Source: Anolis carolinensis
Taxonomy: Eukaryota
NCBI RefSeq assembly: GCF_035594765.1
Contig: NC_085845.1
Span: 158,240,897 to 158,304,896 of the forward strand
Reading direction: 5' to 3'
Length of the DNA: 64,000 nt
The notes under the pieces are model-generated. The model did no database searches. It worked only from the letters and a program-made list of their open reading frames with translations, and was not told where the DNA came from. Position 1 is the stretch's first letter. Every line of letters begins with the position of its first letter. This document shows positions 1-13,990 of this stretch, piece after piece. A program made the translations under genes and the position numbers.

Positions 1-977
1 CATGAGGTATTATGTCAACAATGATAGCTGTTCCATCAATATTTCTACTCTTAGCAGTATTTTTGGAGGCAAGGTAGATTTTACTTTTCATGAAAGGAAG
101 ATGACAGCTGTCCCTAATCCTGCCATTGGTAAAGTTATAAATTTAACAGAGATATTCTGAAGTAGGCAAGACCTAACCTTGGATAGTACATATTTTAGGA
201 AGGATTCATTTCCATATACACTGAAAACATTTCATTCCTTTGTTTTAAATTATGTGCAGTTTAGCAATATCTTCCATTACAACATATACAGCTGCCATGT
301 CTGGGCAGCTTTATGTGCTTCCTTTTCTTCTCCATTTTCAGAAATTGTAATTGAATCCATGCCAAAAAAAAAAGCAGAAACCCTCAACAACTCTTTATAA
401 ATATTTATTGTCAGTCAACAAATTAGATATGCCATTTTGAGTTTTAGGAATGAAAGAGTTTTCGTTTAACCAGCTTTGGCTTTTATAGACTTATTTTCTA
501 TGGATTTTCAACTTCCAATATAGTAATAATGTTTTTGCCCATATTGGACTACACAATCTTTATTTAATAAAGGTCTGAGTACATCTTCTGACTGCATTGT
601 AATTTTCTGTACTCCAATATACATGACTTGGCTATGGATTTTCTTTTGGGGAAAGGTCATTAATTGAATTAATTTTGATTTGGAGCAGTTTTTAAACTTT
701 ACAGATTTAACATGTGCTCTTAAACTAGTTGTCCTCAATTTGGAAATTAACTTGCATAATTAGAAATGGATTCTGTGACCCTTCACTGACTTAAAAGACA
801 TACATTACAAGACTAGAAAGACAAATATGCACTCTGTTTTTCAGGGGATCAAGAATCTCTTAACTTTTTCAACTTTTGACTGTATGTCAACTCTCCATGG
901 AGACTTACTTGGATATTTCATCACCTTTAAAAAAAATGTTTGGTTTCTCACTACTATATTCTCATTGTATTCTCATT

Positions 978-1795
978 GATCTGACCAGGGTGGTCCATGC
1001 CTTAGTTACCTCTAGACTGGATTATTGCAACGCGCTCTACGTGGGGATGCCTTTGCAGACGGCCCAGAAACTGCAACTAGTACAACGTGCGGCAGCCAGG
1101 TTTCTAACTGGAGCAAATTACAGGCCGCATTCTACTCCCCTGTTTAAGGAGCTCCACTGGCTGCCGTTTATTTTCTGAGCCCAATTCAAGATGCAGGTCA
1201 TTACCTACAAAGCCCTAAATGGTTTGGGACCCACCTACCTTCGTGACCGTATCTCCCCCTATGAACCAGCACGATCTCTTCGCTCTTCGGGGGAGGCCCT
1301 CCTCTCGCTCCCACCACCTTCGCAGTCGCGGTTGGTGGGGACGAGGGAGAGGGCCTTCTCCGTCGTGGCCCCCCAGCTCTGGAACTTGCTCCCCAGGGAG
1401 ATCAGGCAGGCCCCTACCCTTCTCTCCTTTCGGAAGAGCCTAAAAACATGGCTTTTCCAGCAGGCCTTTGACAACTGATCTAGTAAGATTGACCAGTCGC
1501 CTTCCACTAATAGTCTCGTTTGTACGCCTCTCCTAGCACTTTTGACACTTTGGATAACCACTCCCCCCTGATGATATCGACATAATCTAGCACTTTAGCC
1601 CAGTTTCCTACAGATTTTATCCATGATTTTATCATGATGTATTGTATGTGTTTTTATAACTTGTTTTATTGTTGTTTGATTTGTTTTACTGCTTGTTTTT
1701 ATATTGTCATGACCGGGCTTGCCCCATGTAAGCCGCCCCGAGTCCCTTTGGGGAGATGGGGTGGGGTATAAGAATAAAATTATTATTATTATATT
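978..1795 (+). mobile_element. L2-clade LINE, 5'-truncated 3' end (ORF2 C-terminus, 3'UTR, (ATT)n tail)
   Basis: ORFs 876..1178 and 1191..1478 are in the same frame, split by one TGA. They read HALVTSRLDYCNALY...LQLVQRAAAR...LHWLP...RAFSVVAPQLWNLLP...FRKSLKT, typical of the L2 ORF2 tail. Ends in gtaagccgccccgagtccc...aataaaattattatt. Confidence 0.9.
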
Positions 1796-2062
1796 ATATT
1801 ACCTGCAAGTTTATTCTTGTTTTTCCTCTCTCTCTTGTCCCTCCTTCAGTATGATTTTTGTGTATACAAACACAAAGGAAAGAAAATGAATCACATCTTT
1901 TGGAGTATAAGGCCAGCTCTCACAATGTGCCCCTCACCACTTTAGAACAGATAATGGAGCAGTTATAGCTTATATAGAGTCCTGCCTTGTTGACCCTACA
2001 GTGGTGAGCCAACTTGTCTGCCTAGTTTGAAAGATATAAAAGATATGCATTAGGCAAAACAG

Positions 2063-5000
2063 TTTCTGCTAAGTGGTCTCTGTGAATGCATGCATAAGGA
2101 GTTACTGCACCTGCATGGGCTCCAATGGAAAGCTTTTCAAGCTGTGATCTTTCAAATTTTGAAGGTAGCCCAGTCCACTCCTCTCAGGGCATAAAAGGTG
2201 TGCTGGCTCCATGCTCCCCACTTCCTTTTCCCCCGCCACACAGCTCTCTTTGGAATTTTGTAGAGATGTCAATGACTCGTTTCAAGAGTTGCACCGTGCA
2301 TTGAAGACCCCTGACTCCAACTTACACACAAAATGCCTACTCTGCCTTGGAGAAAGCAATGTGGTTTGCTCCTACCGTCATTGGCAAGCTTTCATGGCCC
2401 AAGCTAGAAAGAACAGGGCAGCAAGGCTAAAGGCGCTGTTATCCCAACAGTCCTTAGCCCCCTCAACTTCAGTGGCCCCCTTGACCTCAGCGCCATCTCT
2501 GGCTCCATCAAGAATCTCAGCCGCTTCTAAGGGCTCCAAGTCTTCCCAAGTGTCTTAAGACCTCGAGATCTTTGAGCTTTACCCTGAGCCAGCCCGCCTA
2601 CCTGACGCCAGCCAGGCCCCCTTCGACTTTGAGCTCCATGGCCTTGACACAGTGACCTGTTCGATTACAGCAACACCGCCTTCAACATCATCAATGCGGA
2701 TCACATTCATGCAGACTTACAAAGAGTCCAGGTGGGCCCAAGTGGAGGGGTCAGTGCAAACTGTCTCCCTCCCGATCCTCTGGGAAAATCTCTCGAGCTG
2801 CAGCTTGGGACACAAACTTAAGTGGCGGCCAAGAGGAAGAAGGTACAGCAAATCTCATCCTCATCTAGAAGGGGCCAAGCTTCATCATCTGCGACTTCGT
2901 CCCATTGATTCTTGCGCTCCCTGCATCCAGCTGTCGGATGGAGAAATCCAGGACCCCTCATCCTGGGCCCTGTCTCAACTCCTACTACCTCCAGCCATGC
3001 AGAGCCAGGCCTGACAAGAGCTGTTCCCACCACTGACCACCACACCAGAAAGAGGCAGGCAAATTGCCTGCCTCACTAGGGCAGTGCAAGGCTCTGCATC
3101 GAAACAGACCCTCAGTAGGTGACAGTGACTGTCACACCAAATTCATCCCAGTTACCGCCGACGGCAGACCTCAAAGATCTAAAAAACAAAACAAAAACCC
3201 TTCGGCGACCACCTTGCATGCTACGCGAGCGCCTGGAGGAACATTACCTCAGATATGTGGGTGCTTGAGATTGTAGAAAGACACTACACCTTAGAATTTG
3301 AGGAGCTCCATTCAACAGGGAATATCCTCGACACTCAAACTTCGCAAGCAGTAATCGAAGAGGATATGCTCACTACTAGTCAAGGGCGCCATACAACCTG
3401 TCCCATAAGCAGCTTTTTTTCTCCAGGTACTTTACCATCCCCAAAAAGGATGGAGATTCATTCCTCCCACCCCAAAAAAAAAAAAATCAGGCTGGTCACA
3501 GTTTCGTTAATCCTTCCCCTGCTCCACGAAGGGGACTGGTTTGCAACCATCAATATCGGGGGCACGTATTTTCACACCAATCCCATTGTTACTTCCTCTC
3601 ATTCAAGGTGCTTTATCAGACTTTATCAGAGTCTTTCCCTTCAACTTGGCCACGGCTCCAAGAATATTCACAAAGTGTATGTTGGTGGTGGCAGCGCACC
3701 TGTGCAGACATCGCATCATACTTTTCCTGTATCAACATCTGGCTTAACGTAGCACACTCCAGATGCTCTTGACCTCCACGTGAGACTCACCCTCTCACTA
3801 TTGAACTCCCTTGGCCAATGACTGAACGCCGAGAAGTCACATCAACAGCATCAATAAAATTTATCTGCACAATGTTCGACTCAGTTATCCAAAGGGCCTT
3901 CCTCTCCATGGAAGCATTCTGAGTGCTCCAAAAGGAGTTAAGCCTTTGTTGAAATCATCACTGAGGCTGAGCCAGATCCATTCAAGTGCTCTTCAGACAT
4001 ATGACGTTTCATGGGGACCCAGCCGTACTTGGCACGTGCATCACTTTTCTTTTGAAGGTAGTGTCTGCCTTCCATAACAACCAAGAGGACATTCTACTAG
4101 CCTTTTTTCAACTCCCCCCCCCCCCACACCTCACCTTTGGAGAGGCGTTTGCACCTGCTGGATGTCAGAAGAGTGCTCCTTTTCTATAGAGAGTGAACCC
4201 AGTCCATCAGAAAATCTCCCCATCTATTTGTCTCATATGTCACAGGCAAGCTGGGTAATCCTGTTTCCTCTCAGCGTCTGTCCCATTGGATTGCCTCGGT
4301 GATTGAGCTTTGCTACCAGCTGGCTCACCAGCCTTGAACCTCGTGGGGCATAGCTGCTGCCACGGCCTTCCTTCAAGGAATCCCACTGGATGCTATCTGT
4401 AGGACCATCATATGGGCCAACCCAATGACCTTTGTGTCCCATTTACAGACTGGACTCCAGATCTGACTTAGACACTGCATTTAAAAGATCAGTCCTTTCC
4501 TCTTGTGTGACTCTTGTCCAGTACACCAGTTAACCTCTACACAAAACAAGAACCCAGTTTGTCACGTAACGGTTCTTTATTGTTAACAAATGCTAGTTTG
4601 CCTTAAGGTTACAAGCCTGCCAGCGTCACTTGACTGGTCAAAAGCAAAACCATAGTCATGTTTATGTTTAAAGAAAAAAAATGAAGGGAAAAGAGTTCAG
4701 TTTTTCTTGCACTTTTGCTATTGCACTGCCTCAGCGAGGCCATTTTCCCTATGGGTAACAAACCTCAGGTGGGTTCTTCCTATCCTGGCTCATCCATATT
4801 TGGCTTGTGTAATGCACTACCACTGTTGATGTGTTTATTCTTTCTGTGCAATAAAAAGCATTTTTTTCAGTACTTTGTGTCAGTTTGGCATATGTTCTGC
4901 CTATCTAGATCTTAACTTGCTAGTTTCCATATGTGTGCATTCACAGAGACCATGAAGAAAAAGGACAAGTTGTTTATCTGTAACTGTTTCTTCAAGTGGT

Positions 5001-5257
5001 GTTCTGTGAATTCTCACAAATGAGCCTGTTCCTCCCTTCTTATGCAAATCTCCTTTTTAGCTGCCTTTTTCGGTGAAGGAACTGGGGAGAGCAGAGCCAG
5101 GGTGCGTTTTATGCCCTGGGACGAATGGGTCGGGTTACCGCCAAAATTTGAAAGCTCACAGCTTTCCGTTGGAGCCTGTGCAGGCACAGTAAATCCATAT
5201 GTGTGGATTCACAGAAGACCATTCAAAGAAATGCAGTTACAGGTAAGCAATCTGTCC
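2063..5257 (+). mobile_element. DIRS-type tyrosine-recombinase retrotransposon, degraded
   Basis: Gag-like HTKCLLCLGE...RKNRAARLKALL (2211..2558). RT remnants EGDWFATINIGGTYFH and FPFNLATAPRIFTKCM. YR remnant FLLKVVSAFH. Inverted terminal repeats about 2063-2235 versus 5070-5257, and an internal complementary region about 4927-5022. Confidence 0.88.
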
Positions 5258-6397
5258 ATCAGGTATCAGTTTGTGCTGCAGGTGGGCTTTAAAAAATGTA
5301 ATTGCTTCTACTGCAGTCATATCATTATTGGCAGATTCCAATTGAAAGGAAAATGTCTCCCCTCTCCCAAAGAAATGTAAAAATATGGCAAATACTTGGG
5401 GTCAGAAATAGGAGTATGTGCATGAGTTCCCCTATTTTCTAAAAAGTTAACATGGCCCAGACACAGTTGGGAATGGCAATAGTTGTGGAGGTAGTCACAA
5501 TACAGCCAAGAATATCCCTAGTGCTAAACATTTTACACACTGCCAATGTTATTCAGTGTAAGCAACAAAATCATTCTCAATACTCTTTGTGTCTTTAATT
5601 CCAGCATCTCTTGTGCTGTTCCTTATATATTAAGTGGCCAGGTGGGAGTTGGACTAACCTATTTTGAGCCATCCCTCAAAATAAATATTCTTGGTGGCTT
5701 TTGGATCCTGTCTTTTGACATGTCAGAAAACTGGCTTTCCTTATTTTGGTTGTCTCTTGAAGAAAAGAAAATTTGCTATGTATAACAGCAGTATCATTTT
5801 TACTTGAGATGTAACTAGATCTACTTATGTAGTTTTTTTAAAAAAAGGAAAAGCTGAATAGTTCATGAGTACATCTAATGGAAAATCCATCTCCTTGTTT
5901 GCTGTGAGTTCAATTGTTGCATGATTTGATGGAGGCTGCTGCTGTTTTGCCCCTCCAGTTTCATGCTGTTAAGAAATTTATTAGGGATGGTTTCATCCAT
6001 TATAATCTTCTGGAATGGAATAATGGTATGTTTTTCAGCCTACATGCTATCCTTGCATCTTGTGTAACCCAACCGTCAGTTCTGCTTCATTGGCACAGAT
6101 TGCTTTTATCAAACAGCTTAACTAAAATGTTCATCCTATTTCCCCTCCCAGCATCCACTTGGAACATTTTAATAGTTAAGTTTATTTTTAAAGTAATTTT
6201 GAAAAGAATATACTATGCATGTTTCAAACAAAACACACAACATTTTCTATTTTGGGTCAGAGTAAATTAGGAGAGTGTTCCTTCCTGCTGTTGGAGGTGA
6301 ACCCTTACAGTGTACCCCTCTCTCCCTTCCCTCTTGCTTGAGTGCAACCCCATAGCTGTACAGCAAACCACTGCTTGCTGTGGGAGAAGACTTTCAT

Positions 6398-6573
6398 ATA
6401 CCCATATTTCCTTGAGTCTAATGTTCCATAGAATCTAATGTGCACCTCAATTTTCAAAACTCTAAAACCCAAAAAAATATTTATAATATTATGCAAATCT
6501 AATGTGCACCCTAATTTTGGGAAGGTAATTTAGTCAAAAAAAGAGTGAGCATTAGAATGGAGTAAATACAGCA
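6398..6573. mobile_element. Degenerate non-autonomous DNA transposon (Tc1/Mariner/pogo-like MITE)
   Basis: Imperfect terminal inverted repeats (atatttccttgagtctaatg ... cattagaatggagtaaatac) and an internal repeated aatctaatgtgcacc. Confidence 0.5.
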
Positions 6574-7443
6574 TTAACTTTTTCTGTGTATGCTTGCATT
6601 TCCCTTGCTTGTAGGTTTTAATTCCTTTTCATCTCTTATTCTTAACCTTTCCATCTTTTCTCACGTTTTTGTGCCATTAATTCCTCCTTTGATAATTTCA
6701 ACTGCCCTTTTCAGGGCTCGCCAAAGTTTTCTTAGCATAGCCCTTTCCCACTTAATCCCTTCAAGCTGTGGCATTAGCAGTTCCGACTGCTCTTATCTCT
6801 CTCATTTGAATTGGTTACCCCTTGGGCAGCTTCTTATGAAGTACAGCTGCCCCTTGAAGTAGCCTCTAGTATAGATTGCCTAAAGGAAGGATTTGGTTTT
6901 TTATTCTCAATTTGTCCTTGGCGCATATTCAAGGTTTTCACTTCTAATTCTGTGTGGAAACAAGAAAACAGAAAAATATTCAGAGGGAACTGTAGATATG
7001 ACCTCACAACTTGAGATGAGATGTGTCTCTAAATTCATATGGATGTGCAGAAATTCTCAACTCTTGGTGTTTTGGCAATTACATAAGTGGCCTTTTTCAT
7101 TAATTCGGTAACGGTTAGGAAAAAAATTCCCTACCCCCAAATGTACAACATTTTAATTGATAATACAAATTATAGACGAGTTGATTTTCAGCTTGCATCC
7201 CAAAGGCAGTATTTGGACCTGTTTTTGCAATCTGGTCCTGAGAATATTATAGATTTTAATCTGTGCACTTTGCAACCTTAAAATCCATTATTCACACTTT
7301 GCTTTTAACAGTAGCTTCAGTTCTTCTCAAAGCTTCTATAAGCAAACAATAAAGATTCTTTTTGAAAATACCACTTGTAACTTTAGAAATGAAATTCAAG
7401 GGCACTCACCCCTTTGAATATGCTCTATATTGCAGTAGCCCTC

Positions 7444-7790
7444 TAGATCAAGGCTTCTTAATTTTTTTCCACTTGCGACACCTTTCTGCCTGAGAAATTT
7501 CTATGTGACCGCAGGTATATAGGTATATAAAATAGGTATATAAATCAAATATTGATAATAAATCAGCAATTTCAAGGCTTCCTAAACAGACTGGTTTTCC
7601 TTTTTTTGGACTGTATCTGAAGTCTTTTCAGAGTCCACTGTAAACACTGTTTATTGTTGCTAACAGATTTGTGAAAGTGTCTAAGGTGCTCAGAAACTTT
7701 TACTGTTACCAGTTTTTGCGACCTCGTATTTTCTGTTATGGGAACCCAATTGGGGTTGGGACCCATCGTTTAAGAAGTAGTGATTTAGAT
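7444..7790. mobile_element. Degenerate hAT-like MITE
   Basis: Imperfect TIRs tagatcaaggcttcttaa ... ttaagaagtagtgatttaga. Confidence 0.5.
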
Positions 7791-8290
7791 CTTGATCTTT
7801 ACTTTCTTTGACAAACTGTGTACAGTTTACCAAAAAAGTATAGAGTAAGTGTTGCATAGTATAGTGCAAGATAGCTTTCTGTAATGGTAACTGATTAGTG
7901 TAGTAGTTTCTTTGAATGTGACTAATACTGTGTTTAAGTTATTAGCAATTCATTTACTTTGAGCAGAATAGGTTGATACTGAAGTGAATAATTTCTTTGA
8001 AGTTGTTATCTTTGGGAATTAGATAGAATGGTACTATGATTTGATGCAGTTTCCTGACCTAATGTCTGGTTGAGATGCAATCTGACTTGACTGCCCAGTT
8101 GAGTTTTCTTTAGATCCTTTAGACTGGTAGATCAGGTTCAGTTAGAAATTCCTTAAAATATAGTTGTACAATGAGAGGGATGCCTATTATATTTTAAACA
8201 ATATGCTATTTTCTACCTATCTTTGCTTTGCTTTTTAGTATGAAGACTATAACTATAGAGATCTCATAAAACTCTCCTCTTGTGTTATAG

Positions 8291-8386
8291 AAACAGGATC
8301 TTCAATAACAGCTTCCTGCATTGGCTTGGGAAACTCTTTAACACCTCCCCCAGGACAGGCAGGAAAACCGGTGCCAGGATACAATG
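8291..8386 (+). CDS. ACSS3: ACSS3 coding exon, 96 bp: (E)TGSSITASCIGLGNSLTPPPGQAGKPVPGYN
   Basis: AG/GT boundaries. Translation matches the acyl-CoA synthetase short-chain 3 segment that follows WWQT, and the phase continues into the next exon. Confidence 0.95.
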
Positions 8387-10252
8387 GTAAAGTTATTCAG
8401 TACATGTTACTAAGATACAGTACAAGCCTATCCTCTTTGGGTTTATTACAGGTTGAAACAAGAAGAGTGTATTTAAAATGGAAATCCTACTATATTTAAC
8501 AACAGCTTATGAAGATATGCTTGGTTCAGTGTTTCTGTTCTCCGACAGCTTCATCAGATAATAGGATAAACTCCACAGGATAATTGATTTTTCATATTAT
8601 TATTCTGTCCTTGTCCATGCCCCAATACTTCACTAAAGGTGCAATAACATATTTACTACCAGCAGGCGCAACATGATGTAGCACAGATGGAAGCTGTGCT
8701 ACATATAGCACATTACCATTTCATAGCAAGAATGGGAACTTTTATTGGTGTAAAATCAGAGTCTTGCCTTTGGATGAGGTGAGAGAGAGGATTGGAGGAA
8801 ACAGTGGGGATTCCCATGAATTCTGCTCTCTGATGATGTTTGTGGTTGCCAACTGAGCTTTGGACTAGCTGAGACTTGGAACTCAGCTGCTGTCAGCAGA
8901 CACCTAGAAAGAGGTCCCTTCTGCATGGAGAATAGACAAGACCACCAACATTTTAACTGATAACTCACTGACATCAAGGGTGTTGTCATGTGCCTGATAT
9001 CATCTGGTTCACAGAAGATTTCATGGTTCCCCACTCAGATATGGCTCTTTGTTTCTGCCATGTAGGTCTCCACACTGAACTGTTTGTTCTATATGCATAG
9101 AAGCCAAAGAGATTTAATGGATCAAATTGTGTGGTGCAGGGGAGAGGAGAACGAGCTACACATCTATCTTGTTTATTAACTTTCATAGGAGACAGACTGA
9201 GTCTGCTTGTAGACCAAGAAAAATTGAACTATTTGTGTTACATAACCCTGAAATTTCATCAGTTTCTTTCTGTGTGCGAAAAAACAATTGTCATGAATTT
9301 TCTCTCCAATTGCTAAGTCAAAGTAACTCCTGCACATAGTGGAGATGAATGTGCAGATCTGTACTGAATTGGGCACCTTGTGTTTATGGGGATTGCCTGC
9401 ACAAACAAATACAAGGAGTCTCAATATCAAGGAACATTTATCTGTATCAAGACCTATATGTATTTTCTAAAGCTTATGGTGTAAGCGCTATTTCAATTTG
9501 CTCACTTGGATTCTTTGCACATTAAATAGCATTTGTGTATTTACAGCTTATAAAAATGATGCTGAATGTCACATCATAGGCCTCAGCAAATGCATCTTAA
9601 GAACCAAAATGTCCATTGTGTTCAGTGAATGTACAATCACATTTCAGTTAAACTTGTCTGCTATCTCCTTATATCAGGAAGGCTGTCTTCTGCAGAAGCT
9701 GATGCTTGGAAGGAATGTTAAGCACATTATCTTCTAACATTCAACATTTTTATTTTAGCTGTAGGAAATGTAGGCTTTGGACTAATATAAAAGGCAGTAG
9801 CTGCCTCTGGTATGGAAAACATCTGAACACAGAACTGAACATGTGCAGTTGTAAGATTTAAAATACTGTAATATTTTCATAATTTAGAGATAAGGTTTAA
9901 CTAAGAATTCTAGGGATTAGCTATTAGGATCATTTTAAGGCTACTTCACTTAAATGAGAAATATTCTGTTATTTGGAAAACAATTGAGTGCTTTGATTAA
10001 AAATAATGTTTGGAAGGAAAATCTTTATGTTTTTATGGATTTAATCTGAATTGTTTTTAATACTAATGATGGTTAATACTATTTAAATCGTTGCATATTT
10101 GTATATTTTAAATTGTATTGTAATGCTTTTAATGTTAGCTGCTTTGTGTCTCCTTATGGAAAGAAAAGGCAGGATATAAATAAAAAAACAACAATAAATC
10201 TATTTTAAAAACCAAGGCAATAAATGCAGGGCAAAGAGTCCGTTTAGACATT

Positions 10253-10478
10253 TGTTGTGTGCTTTCAGGTCATTATTGACTTAATAGTGTCCCAAAGGTG
10301 AATATGTTATGATTTTCTTGGCAACATTTGTTCAGTGGGCACTTGGAGTTGCCCTCCTTTGAGACTGAGTCTCAAAGGAGGCTCAAGTTCATCCAGTAAT
10401 TTTTCATAGCTGAGTGGGGATTCAAACGTAGTCTCTTGGAGTCAGTCCAACACTCAAACCACTGGACTATGCTGGCTC
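10253..10478 (-). mobile_element. tRNA-derived SINE, degenerate
   Basis: Reverse complement begins gagccagcatagtccagtggtttgagtgttggac...tttgaatcccc (A/B-box-like head) and ends gaaagcacacaacaa. Related copies at about 31636-31860 and 40860-41062. Confidence 0.7.
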
Positions 10479-10615
10479 TTTGGACATGGTATATTAAAAC
10501 TTGCTTTATGAAAGCCAAGGGATGCTTAAAATAACTCAACTGCTATTTATGTTTGTTGGTATTCATTTTCATTTTTCATTTTACATGAACACTAAAACAT
10601 CCCTATTCTTTAGGC

Positions 10616-11441
10616 CAAGGGTCCCCAAACTAAGGCCCAGGGGCCAGATGTGGCCCTCCAAGGCCATTTACCTGGCCCCTGCCCTCAGTTTTAGACATAG
10701 GCTCGCCCAAAGTCTGAAATGATTTGAAGGCACAACAACAACAATCCTACTTGATTATCTCATTGCCCAGAAGCAGGCCCACACTTCCCACTGAAATCCT
10801 GATAAGTTTACAGTATATTGGTTAAAATTATTTTTATTTTTAAATATTGTATTGTTCTTTCATTTACTAATACTGTAAATGAAATATTGTAAATGAATGA
10901 TATGGTAATAATATAATATATTGTGTATACGTATAATATTGATAGTAATATTATAATGTAATACAATATAATATTTATTTATTTATTTATTACAGTATTA
11001 CTACCCTGCCCTTCTCACCCAGTAGGGGACTCAGGGCGGCTAATAATAATAATACAATGTAATAATATTGTATAATATAATAATATTAATTATATATTAT
11101 ATATTAAATGTAATATTACTAATAATATTACGGTATAATAGTATAGTACAACATAGTAATATATAACGCTAATATTGTGCTATGCTAATAATATAATATA
11201 TTGTATGTACATGCAACTTGTAAGCCGCCCTGAGTCCCCTTTGGGGTGAGAGAGGGTGGGGTATAAATGTAGTAAATAAATAAATAATTGTTGCTGAGGG
11301 TTTTTTTTTTTTGCACTGCAAATAAATACATGTGCAGTGAGCATAGGAATTTGTTCATTTTTTTTAAAATGATAATTCGGCCCCTCAACAATCTGAGGGA
11401 CCATGAATCGTCCCTCCACTTAAAAAGTTTGAGGACCCCTG
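10616..11441. mobile_element. hAT-family non-autonomous element with AT-rich core
   Basis: TIRs caagggtccccaaact / agtttgaggacccctg. 8-bp TSD ctttaggc/ctttaggt. A second copy lies at 50153-51137. Confidence 0.88.
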
Positions 11442-11691
11442 CTTTAGGTTGTGGTATCCCATGTCATTTTACTTTCTGAAGATTTTGTTTTTGTTTCCCC
11501 AACAAAGGGTGTTTATATTACAGCTTTCCTCTGTTTCTGCAGCTTGAAATCCAGACAGACTAATGCAAATATCTATAATTTCTTTCCACATGTGTGTTAA
11601 GTTCAAGGTTATATTTTTCTGAAAAGGTCTAATTAGATTTAGCGGGGCTGCACTTATTTTTGTGACTTTTTGTTATGTCCTTTTATTGCAG

Positions 11692-11755
11692 TGATGATTA
11701 TGGATGACAACAAGCAAATTGTAAACGCGAAGACTTTAGGAAACATTGTGGTGAA
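11692..11755 (+). CDS. ACSS3: ACSS3 coding exon, 64 bp: (V)MIMDDNKQIVNAKTLGNIVV(K)
   Basis: ttgcag acceptor and gtaag donor. In phase with the neighbouring exons. Confidence 0.95.
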
Positions 11756-13013
11756 GTAAGCAGTCAATATGTTTGCAAGAAATATGTAAGAATATATAGT
11801 AAAAAAAATAGAGATTGAGGGTGTGGGAGTTCATCCAATCATGAATATGACTTCTGTTCTGGCTAAATAAATCACCTCTAGCTAGAGTTTGGAAAAGTTA
11901 CTTTTTGGACTATACTGCTCCCTCATTCTCCCAGCCCAGGAGTTGTCATTTTATAAAAAGTGTTTTTTTTCCCAAGCTGTATATCCACTCTCTAACATGG
12001 GAGACCCAGACTTCATAAGAGAACAGGTAAAGTAAGTCTACCCTTGCAACTTACACAATTTATTGTGCTCTGTTTAATGATGAATTTTTCTGGTCGCCAA
12101 GTTACAGCCTACATGGAAAGATATGTTTGGTTCATTAGGGAATATTGCAAAACCTACTTTCTGCTTCATTGATCTGCTGCAGTGTTTGTAACCATTCTAC
12201 TGAAAAATACCCAAAAGTCAATACTTGCTTAAGGAAACTTCCCCATTGGGCCTAACCAAAATTATAGTAAGGACCCATGCATTAAAAGGTTATAGATCAA
12301 TGTAATTTCTTTTTGTAAAAAGCTGATGATTTGGTAATTATGAAAAAGTGAAGAAACAAAATCCAAATAGTAAGCAGCTATTTCACTGTTTCGGAATCCT
12401 GTACTACAGAACTAGAGTGTTTATTAGGTTCTTTCCTGTTTGTTTCTGAGAACTGTTCAGGTTGTGCAATTGTTAACAGCTTATAGTTTTCAAATAGAGG
12501 AGGTGTTCTATAATCTCACATGGTATTTTGTGTTCCACTCTCAGTACACCCTTGGGATTCTGCCATGTTACTGTCTTGATGCAGCCACTTCTTCCTCCTC
12601 CTACATTCATTTTATCAATGTGATTATGAGGAAACAGTGGCATTGCCTTGAAGATGCATAGCTTCCTCATCTATAATACCTACACATTGGACGTAGACAT
12701 CAGACAAGAGAAACATAACACCTATGTATCACTGTATGCGTAGACGTCCATCAAAGCTGGAACCTCCTCTCTCTGAAAACTCAGGTGTAAAGAGGTCAAT
12801 GAACTTAAGCTTCCCCACCATAATGACTATGCTTGACATGTTGAAAGGCAGCCGGGGGGGAGGGGGTGTCAGGGAAGACATGTGGCATTGTGGTGGTTTA
12901 GTGGCATAGCCTTGCTGCCCCTTTCAATGAGTGGACCTCCCTCAGGTGTATAATATATGGAGTTGTTAGCATTTCAGGAACTTTTGTCTTCATCTTTTGC
13001 AACATGTAAACCT

Positions 13014-13990
13014 TTTGACCCATTTCAAATTGGCTTCAGAGCAGGATACGGAGTTGAGACTGCTATGGTCGCCTTAGTGGATGAACAGGGAGTGTGTCCC
13101 TGTTAGTGCTTCTAGATGTCTTAGTGGCCTTTGATACCATCGACCATGGTATCCTTCTGGAGTGCCTGGGGGGCTGGGAATCGGAGGCACTGTGCTTTTC
13201 CAAATTTACATGAAAACACTGGGGGCGTGATCATCCATAGGCATGCCGGAGGGTGTTATTAGTATGCTAATGACACCCAACTATATTTCTCCATGCCTTT
13301 AAAAACAGACTCAGCTAAGGATAATGTGTCTCCTCTTAATGAATGCCTGGAAGAGGTAATGGGCTGTATGAGGAAAAAAACAAAACTGAATCCAGACAGA
13401 ACAGAAGTGCTTGCCATCAAGGGTCCTAATCTGGGGTTGGAGGTGTGTCAACCAGTTCTGGATGGGGTTACACTCCCCTTGAAAAACTGTTTGCAGCTTG
13501 GGAGTGCTCCTGAATCCGTCTCTCCAAATGTCAACCCAGGTGGATGGAACAGTCAAGAGTACTTATTATCAGCTTCAGCTATCAGCTTCCTAGATTTGGA
13601 AGACCTGAAGATGGTAGTGCACGCACTGGTAACCTCAAGGTTGGACTTCTGCAATGCAGTTTACATTGGGCTACCTTTGTACCAAGTTTGGAAACTTCAC
13701 TTGGTTCAAAATACGGCAGCCAGACTGGCTACATGAACATCCAGGAGTGAACATATTACACCCATACTAAAGTCACTCCATTGGCTGCCAATTGGTTTCC
13801 AGGCAGTGTGGGTTTTGACCTTTAAAGCCCTGCATAGTTTGGGTCTAGGTTACTTAAAGGATTGCCTTCTTCCATACAATCCACCCCATACACTGAGGTC
13901 CTCTGGGGGGGCAACTACTCCAACCAGTCAGAACCCGAATGGCGACCGTCACCCAGAGGACCTTTTCATCGGTTGTGCCAAAAACATGGA
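13014..13990 (+). mobile_element. L2-clade LINE RT fragment, decayed and internally deleted
   Basis: DPFQIGFRAGYGVETA, AFDTIDHGILL, YANDTQLY (YADD motif decayed), KLNPDRTE, HALVTSRLDFCN and LHWLP, interrupted by frameshifts. Confidence 0.88.

Noticed and set aside
1-8290. Preceding ACSS3 exon (…DHWWQT)
   Set aside because: Not found by eye in this interval; presumed upstream of the window.
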